NCBI GenBank assembly: GCA_902627245.1 | Contig: CACOIH010000004.1 | Span: 8,041-72,040 of the forward strand | Origin: an uncultured Alphaproteobacteria bacterium | GTDB taxonomy: Bacteria; Pseudomonadota; Alphaproteobacteria; HIMB59; GCA-002718135 | Direction: 5' to 3' | Length of the DNA stretch: 64,000 nucleotides | Shown: piece after piece, positions 9,091-18,698 of the stretch | How the letters are laid out: each line of letters begins with the position of its first letter | Position numbering within the stretch: position 1 is the stretch's first letter | Notes under the pieces: model-generated | The model's input: the letters and a program-made list of their open reading frames with translations, nothing else | Told to the model about the DNA's origin: nothing | Databases searched by the model: none | Position numbers and translations under genes: made by a program

Positions 9091-10302
9091 ATGACTTTTA
9101 AAAAACTATCTTCATTTCTTACGATTGCTATACTTTCACTAGTTGGTTTTAAAGCATATGCTGCCGATGTTCACGGTGTATTCTGTGGTGGTGAACTTCG
9201 ACCTAATTATGTTGAAATAGCAGATGAGTACATGAAAAATAATCCTGGTGTAAATGTTACTCTCGAGGCTGTTCCTTGGGGTACTTGTCAGGACAAAGTA
9301 ATAAATCTTGCAATAGCTGGTGATCCAGTTGCATTTTCATATGTTGGATCAAGAACCCTAAAAGGTCTTGCAGAAAATGGACATATTTTAGAAACAAATA
9401 TTCCAGCTGATCAAAAGGCGATGTATCAACCTGGTATATTAAACACAGTTACACATATGGGTAAGACATGGGGTTTCCCTCATGCGTTTTCAACTAAAGC
9501 ACTCTTTATGAATTGTGGTCTTTTAGAAAAAGCAGGTGTTGCTTGTGAAGGTCCACAAACTTGGGATGAATTATATTCAATGGCTGAAGCTGTAACAAAA
9601 AATGTTGATGGTGCGTCAGGAATGGGATTAGCTGGCAAAGATTTTGATAATACTATGCATCAATTCTTAAACTACCTATACAGTAACGGAGGACAAGTTA
9701 TTGATCCAATGACAAATGAAATAACTTTGAATTCATCTAACACTGTTGAGACATTAGAATTTTATGGGAAGTTAGCAAATGTTTCTCAAGAAGGTCCTTT
9801 AGCTTGGGAGAGATCTCAATTAACAGAACTATTTAATGATGAAAAAATTGCTATGTATATCAATGGACCTTGGGGAAGAGGTCAGCATAAGGAAGGTCTA
9901 GATGTTAAAACAGTTAGAATTCCTGCTGGACCACAAGGTAGCCAAGGTACACTTCTAATCACTGATAGTATTGCGGTTTTCAATAATACAGGTGTTGAAG
10001 AGCATGCAATGGCATTGGCTAGTATTATTTCATCTGGTGACTCTCAGTACAGTCTAGATACTGATTGGGGTTTAACTCCAATCATGCAATATCCTCAGAT
10101 TGGAAAAGTAGCACCTTACAATGAAGATTACTGGATGATGTTTATTGATGCAATCGGTGATGGTGGACCTGAGCCATTATTTGTTGATTACAAAGCATTC
10201 CAAACTGTAATGAACTCTATGATTCAAGGATCAATCCTTGGAGAAGGAGATGCAGCTGATTTAGTTGCAGAAGCAGCTGAAGAATTGGAAGAATATAAAT
10301 AA
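9091..10302 (+). CDS. Sugar ABC transporter substrate-binding protein (CUT1), probably amino-sugar/N-acetylhexosamine oligosaccharide
   Basis: Signal peptide (AYA-A), PQTWDEL, IAMYINGPW, strong SD GGAGG; nag cluster context. Confidence 0.9.
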   Translation: MTFKKLSSFLTIAILSLVGFKAYAADVHGVFCGGELRPNYVEIADEYMKNNPGVNVTLEAVPWGTCQDKVINLAIAGDPVAFSYVGSRTLKGLAENGHILETNIPADQKAMYQPGILNTVTHMGKTWGFPHAFSTKALFMNCGLLEKAGVACEGPQTWDELYSMAEAVTKNVDGASGMGLAGKDFDNTMHQFLNYLYSNGGQVIDPMTNEITLNSSNTVETLEFYGKLANVSQEGPLAWERSQLTELFNDEKIAMYINGPWGRGQHKEGLDVKTVRIPAGPQGSQGTLLITDSIAVFNNTGVEEHAMALASIISSGDSQYSLDTDWGLTPIMQYPQIGKVAPYNEDYWMMFIDAIGDGGPEPLFVDYKAFQTVMNSMIQGSILGEGDAADLVAEAAEELEEYK

Positions 10303-10316
10303 TATAAATTTTATAT

Positions 10317-10346
10317 CTGGGGCATTATTGCCCCAGTTTATTTATT
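10317..10346 (+). terminator. Intrinsic terminator/stabilising hairpin after SBP
   Basis: CTGGGGCA-ttat-TGCCCCAG followed by TTTATTTATT. Confidence 0.75.
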
Positions 10347-11078
10347 ATGAAAAAAGCACCTAACAAAGATTACTCATCAAAAATTAACTTAATATTAAAA
10401 AAAATATCTAAAGAAGAAAGTAAAAAATTTATTAAATGTGCGAAGTTAATAAAAAATTCATATAAAAAAGGTGGTCAACTATTTATTTTTGGCACAGGTC
10501 ATTCAAAGTTACTTGCTGAAGAATCTTTTCATAGAGCTGGTGGCTATGCTGCTGCATGTCCAATAAGAAGCGATGAAATAAATTTTTCTAAAGGTACAGA
10601 CAAAGCCACGGCTTTAGAAAGAACTGCTAATGTTGCCAAAAGAGCTCTTGAAAAATATAAATTAACATCAAAAGATATCTTGATGATAGTATCAAATTCA
10701 GGAGTAAATCATGCTCCAGTTGAAGCAGCATTAATTGCTAAGAAAAAGAAAATAAAAACTATTGCTCTTACTTCTTATAAGTTTTCAAAACAGGCACCAC
10801 TTTCTAAGTTAAAGAAAAGATTATATGAAATTTGTGACGTTTATATTGATAATAAAATTCCCCCAGGAGATGCTGTTGTTGGTGTAAACAAAATGATGGT
10901 GGGACCTGCTTCAACAATTACTGGATCATTTATATTAAATTCTATTCTTGTAGAGGTGGCAAATTTGTTGAAAAACGAAAAAATATTTCCATTTTACATA
11001 AGTGTAAATATGCCTGGGGCTAAAGAAAATAATGATAAGCTGGTAAAAAAGTATAAAAAAATTAATCCTCATTTATAA
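10347..11078 (+). CDS. SIS-domain sugar isomerase family protein
   Basis: FGTGHS...EESFHRAGG, SNSGVN, DNKIPPGDA, GPASTI, S-x-N-x-PG. Confidence 0.85.
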   Translation: MKKAPNKDYSSKINLILKKISKEESKKFIKCAKLIKNSYKKGGQLFIFGTGHSKLLAEESFHRAGGYAAACPIRSDEINFSKGTDKATALERTANVAKRALEKYKLTSKDILMIVSNSGVNHAPVEAALIAKKKKIKTIALTSYKFSKQAPLSKLKKRLYEICDVYIDNKIPPGDAVVGVNKMMVGPASTITGSFILNSILVEVANLLKNEKIFPFYISVNMPGAKENNDKLVKKYKKINPHL

Positions 11079-11132
11079 TTAGTTGTCTTATCTCAAAATA
11101 TTAAATATTTATATTATTTCTTATAAAAATTT

Positions 11133-12224
11133 ATGTCTAATATAAAAAAAATAACAGGAAAAATAGTTAATCATGACTCTTCATTCATTGGTAATTTAAC
11201 TTTTGATAATAAAATTAAAGATATTGAAAAAATTTCAAGTGATCATTTTGATCAAATTATAATACCTGGTTTCGTAGATTTACATTGTCATGGTGGAAAT
11301 GGTTTTGATGTCATGGAAGGTGGTAAGTCAATTGAAAATATGGCTAATTATCATCTGAGCCATGGAACTACCTCTATTATGCCAACTACTTGGACTAATA
11401 CATTTGAAGAAACAAATAAAGCATTAGAAGGATTTGATGATATTTTAAAATTTAATTCTAATATTTTAGGTGTACATTTAGAAGGACCATTCATTAATCC
11501 AAACAAACTAGGAGCTCAACCAAATCTAACACAAAAACCTTCTGAAGAATTTATAAAAAAGGTATCTGAAAATAATTCTATAAAAATTATAACTATTGCT
11601 CCAGAAATGGAAGGTATGGAGGACTTTATTAATTTTCTATCGAAATCAAATATTAAAATACAATTTGGCCATTCTCTTGCAGATTATGAGTGTTGTGAAA
11701 AGTATATGAATCAATATCAAATTGGCTTTACTCATTTATATAATGCAATGTCAGGTAATAATCATCGCAAACCTGGAGTTTTGTCTGCTGCTTTAGAAAA
11801 AGGAAAATTTGCTGAAATAATATGTGATAATATTCATGTTAGTGAACAGTCAATAAAAATAGCCAAAAAATGTATACCAGGACTGTATGCTATAACAGAT
11901 GCAATTAATGCTAGCGGTCTTAAAGATGGAGAATATATTTTTGCAAAAAATAAAATAGTTAAACAATATAATTCAGTAAAAATAAAAAAAGACAATACTT
12001 TGGCAGGGAGTATAATCACAATGAATCAAACTTTTATTAATTTAATTAAAATGAATTTCTCCATTGAAGAAGCAGTTGAATTAACAAGTTATAATGCTTC
12101 TAGATATTTAAATTTATCAAATATTGGTGTGATTGAAAATGAATACAAGAGTAATTTTTTAGTTCTTGATAAAGATTATAATCTTAAAGATATTTATTTA
12201 GATGGAAATAAGATAAATGAATAA
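11133..12224 (+). CDS. nagA: N-acetylglucosamine-6-phosphate deacetylase
   Basis: PGFVDLHCHG, GVHLEGPF, GHS, THLYNAM, ITDA, LAGS. Confidence 0.93.
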   Translation: MSNIKKITGKIVNHDSSFIGNLTFDNKIKDIEKISSDHFDQIIIPGFVDLHCHGGNGFDVMEGGKSIENMANYHLSHGTTSIMPTTWTNTFEETNKALEGFDDILKFNSNILGVHLEGPFINPNKLGAQPNLTQKPSEEFIKKVSENNSIKIITIAPEMEGMEDFINFLSKSNIKIQFGHSLADYECCEKYMNQYQIGFTHLYNAMSGNNHRKPGVLSAALEKGKFAEIICDNIHVSEQSIKIAKKCIPGLYAITDAINASGLKDGEYIFAKNKIVKQYNSVKIKKDNTLAGSIITMNQTFINLIKMNFSIEEAVELTSYNASRYLNLSNIGVIENEYKSNFLVLDKDYNLKDIYLDGNKINE

Positions 12225-13236
12225 ATCTATTGTATTAAATGAAGCATTATCAATTCCTGAAAGGATCAATAATTTTGCATTAAATGATAAAAATAAATAT
12301 GGAGAAATTTCTAGATTAATTTCAGATAAAAAAATTCAATATATTGTAACTGTTGGCAGAGGTACATCTGATTGTGTCGCACTATATGCCTCCTATATGT
12401 TTGCAAAATATTTGGGCTTACCCTCTTATAGTATGCCTCCTTCTATCATAACACTAGAAAAATCAAAGTTTGATTTTTCGAAAGCACTTGTAATTATTAT
12501 TTCTCAATCCGGAATGAGTGAAGATTTAATAGAATGTGAGAATATGAGTAAGAAAATGGGAGCTACAACTATTCTAATCTCTAATAATGAAAAAAGTCCA
12601 ATATTAAATTCTTGTGATTTTTTTTATAACATTAATGCTGGAAAAGAAAAAAGTGTTGCAGCAACAAAAACATTTGTATTATCATTATTAATAATATTAA
12701 AATTAATTTTTAAAACAAAAGAAGAAAATATTGATCATCATATAGAATTAGTTGGAAATTTTTTAATTGATGATATCAATAATCAGTGGGATCCAAAAAT
12801 TTTAGATAAATCCACTAATGTTGGATTTATTATTAGTAGGGGAGTGGGTTATGCAATTTCTAATGAAATTTCATTAAAATTCAAAGAATTATGTCAAGAA
12901 ATGATTGAGCCATTTAGTAGTGCAGAGGTAATGCATGGACCTAAAAGTTTAATACAAAATTCGTTTAAGTTATTCACAATGTCATTAAGAGATAACAGTG
13001 GAAATGTTGTTAAAAAAGACTCTTCGGAAATTACTAAATTAACAGATTTACATTATGAAATTTCATACAACAAAGAAAATAAAAAAACTTTATTTTATAA
13101 ACCTTATGAATTTAAAGAATTAGATCCTATTATTATTTTATCAAAATTTTATCCATGGATTATAAATTATTCAATTGAAAAAGATTTAGACCCTGATAAT
13201 CCAAGATATTTAACCAAAGTAACAAGAACTTTTTAA
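12217..13236 (+). CDS. SIS-domain glucosamine-6-phosphate deaminase (NagB-II/GlmS-isomerase-like)
   Basis: GRGTSD, SQSG, AGKEKSVAATK, LKFKE, SAEVMHGP, DPDNPRYLTKVTRT; overlaps nagA. Confidence 0.85.
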   Translation: MNKSIVLNEALSIPERINNFALNDKNKYGEISRLISDKKIQYIVTVGRGTSDCVALYASYMFAKYLGLPSYSMPPSIITLEKSKFDFSKALVIIISQSGMSEDLIECENMSKKMGATTILISNNEKSPILNSCDFFYNINAGKEKSVAATKTFVLSLLIILKLIFKTKEENIDHHIELVGNFLIDDINNQWDPKILDKSTNVGFIISRGVGYAISNEISLKFKELCQEMIEPFSSAEVMHGPKSLIQNSFKLFTMSLRDNSGNVVKKDSSEITKLTDLHYEISYNKENKKTLFYKPYEFKELDPIIILSKFYPWIINYSIEKDLDPDNPRYLTKVTRTF

Positions 13237-13238
13237 AA

Positions 13239-14852
13239 TTGAATAATATTGACTTAGTAATTGTTGGTGCAGGTTCGGCAGGTTGTATTCTAGCTAATAA
13301 ATTTATTAATAATACAAATTATAATATCTTGCTAATTGAAGCAGGACCAAAGGATAATAATTTAATTATAGATGTTCCTCTTGGTTATGGAATGACTTTT
13401 TATAATAAAAAAATAAATTGGAATTTTTATTCAGAGAAACAAAATTATCTTAATGATAGGGAAATATATTATCCAAGAGGAAAAGTGCTAGGCGGTTCAA
13501 GCTCAATTAATGGGATGGTTTATGCAAGAGGTTTAGATACAGATTATTACGAATGGAACGACAATGATGATTGGAGACTTACTAATATTAAAAATAGCTT
13601 TGAAGAAATAGAACAAAAAATTGATCAAAATATTAATATTCTCAAGAAAAATAAAATACCTGTAAATGATGTTAGTCATTTACATCATCCAATTTTGAAA
13701 TATTTTTTTGATGGTTGTAATGAATTAGGTATTCAATTTAACAGAAATCTTAATACTCATATTTTTAATCAAGTAGGACATTATAATATAAACACCTTCA
13801 AAGGCATAAGACACTCATCTTCAAAAGTATTTTTAAAACCAATTATTAACAATAATCGAATTAAATTAATGACAAATACTCAAGTAAAAAAACTAATAAT
13901 CAAAGATAAAAAAATTACTTCTTTAGAACTAATATCTAATGGTAAAAATTTAACTATTAAACCAAATATTGGCACAATTTTATCTGCAGGCTCAATTATG
14001 TCACCATACATTCTTATGCATTCTGGTGTTGGTGATCCAAGAAAGATCAAATCAATTGATAAAGAGGTTGTTATTGAGAATTCAAACGTTGGAAAAAATT
14101 TACAAGATCACTTAGGTTTAGATTATTTATTTAAAACATTTCACCCCACATTAAATACTTCTCTCGGAACATGGCCGAGAAGAATAACGGAAATATTAAA
14201 ATATTTATATAATAGGAAAGGGGCTTTTGCACTTAGTCTAAATCAAGCAGGAGGATATCTAAATTGGAATTCAAAACATAAGTATCCCAATTTGCAAATT
14301 TACTTTAATCCAATAACTTATTCCATTAGTCATAAAAACAAACGACCATTATTAAAAACAGATAAATTTGATGGTTTTATTATAGGTTATAACTCATGCC
14401 GACCAAAAAGCTTAGGTGAAATATCCCTCAAAAGTCCTGACAATAATGATAGCCCACTTATAAATCCAAACTTTTTAAGTCATGAAGAAGATATACATGA
14501 TGTCTTATGCGCAGTTGATTTTGCAAAAACATTATCGAATACCAAATCAATAACACATATTAGAAAATCAACAGTAAATAATGATTTATTAAACGCTAAA
14601 GATCAGGAAATGCTTGATCATTTTAAAGATAATGCAGTTTCTGTATATCATCCATGTGGAACATGTAGAATGTCAAAAAATATTAATGATGGAGTTGTAT
14701 CTAAAAGATTAAAAGTTCATGGTGTTGAAAATTTATGGGTAGTTGATGCATCAATTTTCCCAAATATTACTTCTGGAAACATAAATGCTACTGTTATGAT
14801 GTTAGCAAATTTAGGTAGTAAGTTAATAATTGAAGATATAAAGAATATTTAA
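13239..14852 (+). CDS. GMC family FAD oxidoreductase (choline-dehydrogenase-like)
   Basis: GAGSAG, PRGKVLGGSSSINGMVY, GKNLQDH, YHPCGTCRM, VVDASIFP..SGNINA; TTG start. Confidence 0.9.
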   Translation: MNNIDLVIVGAGSAGCILANKFINNTNYNILLIEAGPKDNNLIIDVPLGYGMTFYNKKINWNFYSEKQNYLNDREIYYPRGKVLGGSSSINGMVYARGLDTDYYEWNDNDDWRLTNIKNSFEEIEQKIDQNINILKKNKIPVNDVSHLHHPILKYFFDGCNELGIQFNRNLNTHIFNQVGHYNINTFKGIRHSSSKVFLKPIINNNRIKLMTNTQVKKLIIKDKKITSLELISNGKNLTIKPNIGTILSAGSIMSPYILMHSGVGDPRKIKSIDKEVVIENSNVGKNLQDHLGLDYLFKTFHPTLNTSLGTWPRRITEILKYLYNRKGAFALSLNQAGGYLNWNSKHKYPNLQIYFNPITYSISHKNKRPLLKTDKFDGFIIGYNSCRPKSLGEISLKSPDNNDSPLINPNFLSHEEDIHDVLCAVDFAKTLSNTKSITHIRKSTVNNDLLNAKDQEMLDHFKDNAVSVYHPCGTCRMSKNINDGVVSKRLKVHGVENLWVVDASIFPNITSGNINATVMMLANLGSKLIIEDIKNI

Positions 14853-15955
14853 TGAATATTGTTAAACTTGAAACTTTTACAAAACCTTATGTTAGTTTTG
14901 TTAAAATTACACTTGATGATGGATCAACAGGTTTTGGCCAGATGTCTACATATCATGCCGATATCACTGCTCAGATTTTTCATAAACAAGTTGCACCGTG
15001 GGTTTTAGGAAAAGCATATTCTGATTTCGATGATTTAGAAGATTTTATTTTTGAAAGAGAACACAAATTTCCTGGATCATATCTTTTAAGAGCTATTGCT
15101 GGCTTAGATACCGCGCTATGGGATCTAAAAGGAAAAATAGAAAGGAAACCTGTTGTATCTTTAATTGGAGGTAAACCAGGCAAACTTAGAATATATGGAT
15201 CTTCAATGAAAAGAGATATAAAGCCACTTGATGAAGCTGATAGATTTAAAAAACTCTTTAATGAAAAAGGAGTTAATGCCTTTAAGTTTCGAGTTGGTTC
15301 TGAGTGTGGAAGGGGAAAAGATGAATGGGAAGGAAGAACAGAAGACATAGTTAAAACAATAAATAAATCTTTAGATAAAGATATTATTAAAATGGTTGAT
15401 GCAAATAGTTGTTATTCACCAGCTCAAGCAATTGAAATTGGAAAATTATTAGAAGACAATAATGTTACACATTTTGAAGAACCATGTCCATATTGGAAAC
15501 CCGATCAAACAAAGTTAGTAACTGATGCTCTAAAAATTGATGTTACTGGTGGTGAACAAGATTGTGATTTGAGAATTTGGAAAGATATGGTCAAAAGAAA
15601 AATTGTAAATATTTTTCAACCTGATGTAATGTATATGGGAGGATTGACAAAAGCTCTAAAAGTGGCAAAAATAATTGAGAAGGGGGGATTTATTTGTACA
15701 CCACACACAGCAAATTTATCATTAGTTACTGTTTGCACTATGCATTTTTTAAAATCTATAAATAATGCCGGACCTTACCTAGAATTTTCAATTGAAGGAG
15801 AAGATTATTATCCATGGCAACAAAATTTATTTGTGAATAATCCTTTTAGTATAAATGAAGGAAAAGTTGAAATTCATGATATTCCCGGCTGGGGCGTTGA
15901 AATCAATCCAGACTGGTTAGAAAATTCTGAATATAATGTATCCACAATAGATTAA
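14852..15955 (+). CDS. Mandelate racemase/muconate lactonizing enzyme family (enolase superfamily)
   Basis: DTALWDLKGK, KxR, DAN, EEP, GEQ, QPD, PGWGVEI. Confidence 0.9.
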   Translation: MNIVKLETFTKPYVSFVKITLDDGSTGFGQMSTYHADITAQIFHKQVAPWVLGKAYSDFDDLEDFIFEREHKFPGSYLLRAIAGLDTALWDLKGKIERKPVVSLIGGKPGKLRIYGSSMKRDIKPLDEADRFKKLFNEKGVNAFKFRVGSECGRGKDEWEGRTEDIVKTINKSLDKDIIKMVDANSCYSPAQAIEIGKLLEDNNVTHFEEPCPYWKPDQTKLVTDALKIDVTGGEQDCDLRIWKDMVKRKIVNIFQPDVMYMGGLTKALKVAKIIEKGGFICTPHTANLSLVTVCTMHFLKSINNAGPYLEFSIEGEDYYPWQQNLFVNNPFSINEGKVEIHDIPGWGVEINPDWLENSEYNVSTID

Positions 15956-16007
15956 TATTACTTTTAATAAAATGAAACTAATACTATTAACTAATTTCCT
16001 TATATAA

Positions 16008-16667
16008 ATGATTAAAAATATAATATTTGATTTTGATGGAGTTATAGTTGATAGTGAAATTCTAGCATCTAGAGCTTTTTCTAATTATTTTAATAATAAA
16101 GGTTATAATTTGAAAGAGGAAGACTTTTATAGTTATTCTGGTATGAAAACAGTTCAGGTTATTGATATGTTGTCAATTAAATACAATATTGATGATAAGA
16201 AAAAATTTACTCATGATATTTTTGAATTAGTTTCTCAAGTTTACAGCAATGACTTAATGGCTGTAGAAGGTTTTGAAAATTTTATTTCAAATTCTAATAA
16301 AGATCATTTTATAGGATCAAACTCTAATAAAGATAGAATTATTGCAGGTTTAAAAAAGGTTGGATTATCAAAATATTTTACAAATGAAAAAATTTATTCA
16401 TTTGATATGGTTAAAAGGGCAAAACCTGACCCAGATATATATTTAAAAGTAATTGAAGAAAATAATTTAAGATTAGAAGAAACTATTATTATCGAAGATA
16501 GCGGAATTGGCGCAAAGGCAGGCTACATGGCTGGACCAAAAGTTTATGGTTTAACTGCAGGGAAACATTGGTATTTAAATAGAGATAAAAAAGAACTATA
16601 TAGCAATGGAGCAATAAATGTGTTTGATAGTTACCTTAACTTAAGTAAAGCAATTGAGGAAAAATAA
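16008..16667 (+). CDS. HAD family phosphatase (beta-PGM/CbbY-like)
   Basis: FDFDGVIVDSE, KPDPDIY, IEDS. Confidence 0.88.
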   Translation: MIKNIIFDFDGVIVDSEILASRAFSNYFNNKGYNLKEEDFYSYSGMKTVQVIDMLSIKYNIDDKKKFTHDIFELVSQVYSNDLMAVEGFENFISNSNKDHFIGSNSNKDRIIAGLKKVGLSKYFTNEKIYSFDMVKRAKPDPDIYLKVIEENNLRLEETIIIEDSGIGAKAGYMAGPKVYGLTAGKHWYLNRDKKELYSNGAINVFDSYLNLSKAIEEK

Positions 16668-17126
16668 ATGGGCCCAAATGTAAAAGGAAATCCACTTTAT
16701 ATATCTGTATATTTACTAATCATTTCATATATTTTCGGTGAATTCATTTTACCTAAATATCCTATAATTTATATTTTTAATCTTCTTGGTATATTTTTCA
16801 TTATAATTTCTACAATTATTTTTTTTTCTTCAAGGAATGCATTTTATGCGCACGATGAAAATCCATTACCACCTTCTGATACAGATAAAATAATTAAAAC
16901 TGGTATTTATGCTTACTCTAGAAATCCAATTTATTTATCTTTTGTTTTATTTCATTTAGGTATGTTTCTAGCTTTTGAAAATATAATGTATTTTTTATGT
17001 TCTATAAGCTTATTTTTTTGGTTAAATAATTTTGTTATAGAAGAAGAAGAAAAATACTTAAAAAATAAATTTAAAGATGAATATATCAGATATTGTAACT
17101 CTGTTAAAAAATGGATTTTCTTTTAA
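16668..17126 (+). CDS. Isoprenylcysteine carboxyl methyltransferase/PEMT family membrane protein
   Basis: TGIYAYSRNPIY and EEKYL...F..EY..Y...V..W motifs. Confidence 0.85.
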   Translation: MGPNVKGNPLYISVYLLIISYIFGEFILPKYPIIYIFNLLGIFFIIISTIIFFSSRNAFYAHDENPLPPSDTDKIIKTGIYAYSRNPIYLSFVLFHLGMFLAFENIMYFLCSISLFFWLNNFVIEEEEKYLKNKFKDEYIRYCNSVKKWIFF

Positions 17127-17982
17127 AATTTTTTATTGAAACAATTCTCTGATTTTTATCTATATTGACAATTAAGTCAGCAGTATTTATATATTCTTTT
17201 AACATCCATCTTGTAATTTTTTCATAATATTGAATGAAAGTTTTTATTTCATTAAGATTCATTTTATTTGAATTTTTAGATCTTGAAAAATTATTTAATT
17301 CTTGTTTATATCTCCACTCTAAAACATAATTAAATGATGGTGCTTTTAAAAATATTTTATTTTCAAATAAATTAAATAGATCATTATATTCATTTTTAAG
17401 CATTGTATTAAAATAATTTCTCCATTTAAAATTCTTGTCAAATTTTCTTTCTAATGAATTTATATTTTTATGAAGATAATTATTATTTATTGGGTTGCAT
17501 CCACAACACCAACCTTCTAGAAATAAAATATCTGATTTGTCTCTTATTATTTTTTTCTTTTTTAAAGTGTCGTCAGCCAACTTATCAAATAATGGAGTTT
17601 CTATTGGAAAAGTAGAACTATTATATTTTTTTATATCGCTTATTAATTTTTTTATCCTGTGTGTTCCAGGCACTCCTCGGGTAGCTAACAACTCATGTTC
17701 TTTTTTAGCTAATCTTATTCTGCTATTTTTTGATAAATAATAATCATCTAGACTAATTACCAATATTTTTTTTTTATAAATTGTATTTAGTGTTCTTGAA
17801 ATTATTTTTATCAAACTGGTTTTACCAACACCTTGTGATCCACTTATTAAAAAACTATTTTTTTTTGATGAAAGTATAAAATCTATGATAGGCAATATAT
17901 TAGTTTTGATATAAATTTTTGAATACTTTTTTTTATATGTATTCAAAGTTTCATTCTGGATAAAATCGATTGTTTTTTTCAT
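17104..17982 (-). CDS. P-loop kinase, GLYK-type D-glycerate 3-kinase family
   Basis: GSQGVGKT, SLDDYY, TRGVPGTH, FDKLADD, EGWC, WRYKQE. Confidence 0.72.
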   Translation of the reverse strand: MKKTIDFIQNETLNTYKKKYSKIYIKTNILPIIDFILSSKKNSFLISGSQGVGKTSLIKIISRTLNTIYKKKILVISLDDYYLSKNSRIRLAKKEHELLATRGVPGTHRIKKLISDIKKYNSSTFPIETPLFDKLADDTLKKKKIIRDKSDILFLEGWCCGCNPINNNYLHKNINSLERKFDKNFKWRNYFNTMLKNEYNDLFNLFENKIFLKAPSFNYVLEWRYKQELNNFSRSKNSNKMNLNEIKTFIQYYEKITRWMLKEYINTADLIVNIDKNQRIVSIKNFKRKSIF

Positions 17983-18029
17983 ATATTAAATGTAATTATA
18001 GATGTTTTTAAAAAAATTATTATACAAAC

Positions 18030-18623
18030 ATGAAATTTCTTTTTGATTTGGGAGGTGTATTTTTTGACTGGGATCCAAATTATTTCTTTAAAAATATTTT
18101 TAATACAGATGAAGAACGAAATTATTTTTTAGATGAAGTTTGTAATGATGAATGGAATATAAAACAAGATTGTGGAAGAAGTATTGAAGATGCTGAGTTG
18201 GAACTTATTTCCAAATTCCCTATTTATGAAAATCAGATAAAAATGTATTACAAAAATCATAGAAAGATGATTCGTAAAACATTTGATACATCTATAGATG
18301 CTCTAAAAAATTTAAAATCACTTAAAATAAATTGTTATGTTTTATCAAATTGGTCTGCTGAAACTTTTGAGGGTATGATAGATGATTATCCATTTTTAAA
18401 ATTATTTAATGGTCTAATAATATCTGGTGAACATAAGCTAATTAAGCCAGATAAAGCTATATATGAATTAGCAATAAGTCATTTTAATTTAATTCCAGAA
18501 AAAACAGTTTTTATAGATGATAAAATTGAAAACATCATAGCCGCAGAAAAATTAAATTTTAATACTATTCATCTTGTTGATCCACAAAAAATTCAAATAG
18601 AGATAAGAAAATTTTTAGTTTAA
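18030..18623 (+). CDS. HAD family phosphatase
   Basis: FDLGGV, LSNW, KPDKAIY, FIDD. Confidence 0.88.
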   Translation: MKFLFDLGGVFFDWDPNYFFKNIFNTDEERNYFLDEVCNDEWNIKQDCGRSIEDAELELISKFPIYENQIKMYYKNHRKMIRKTFDTSIDALKNLKSLKINCYVLSNWSAETFEGMIDDYPFLKLFNGLIISGEHKLIKPDKAIYELAISHFNLIPEKTVFIDDKIENIIAAEKLNFNTIHLVDPQKIQIEIRKFLV

Positions 18624-18698
18624 TAATTTTTTAATTACTTTATGATCTGAATATTCTATTTATTAATAAATTTTTTTAATAGGGATTATTTTTCAAAA

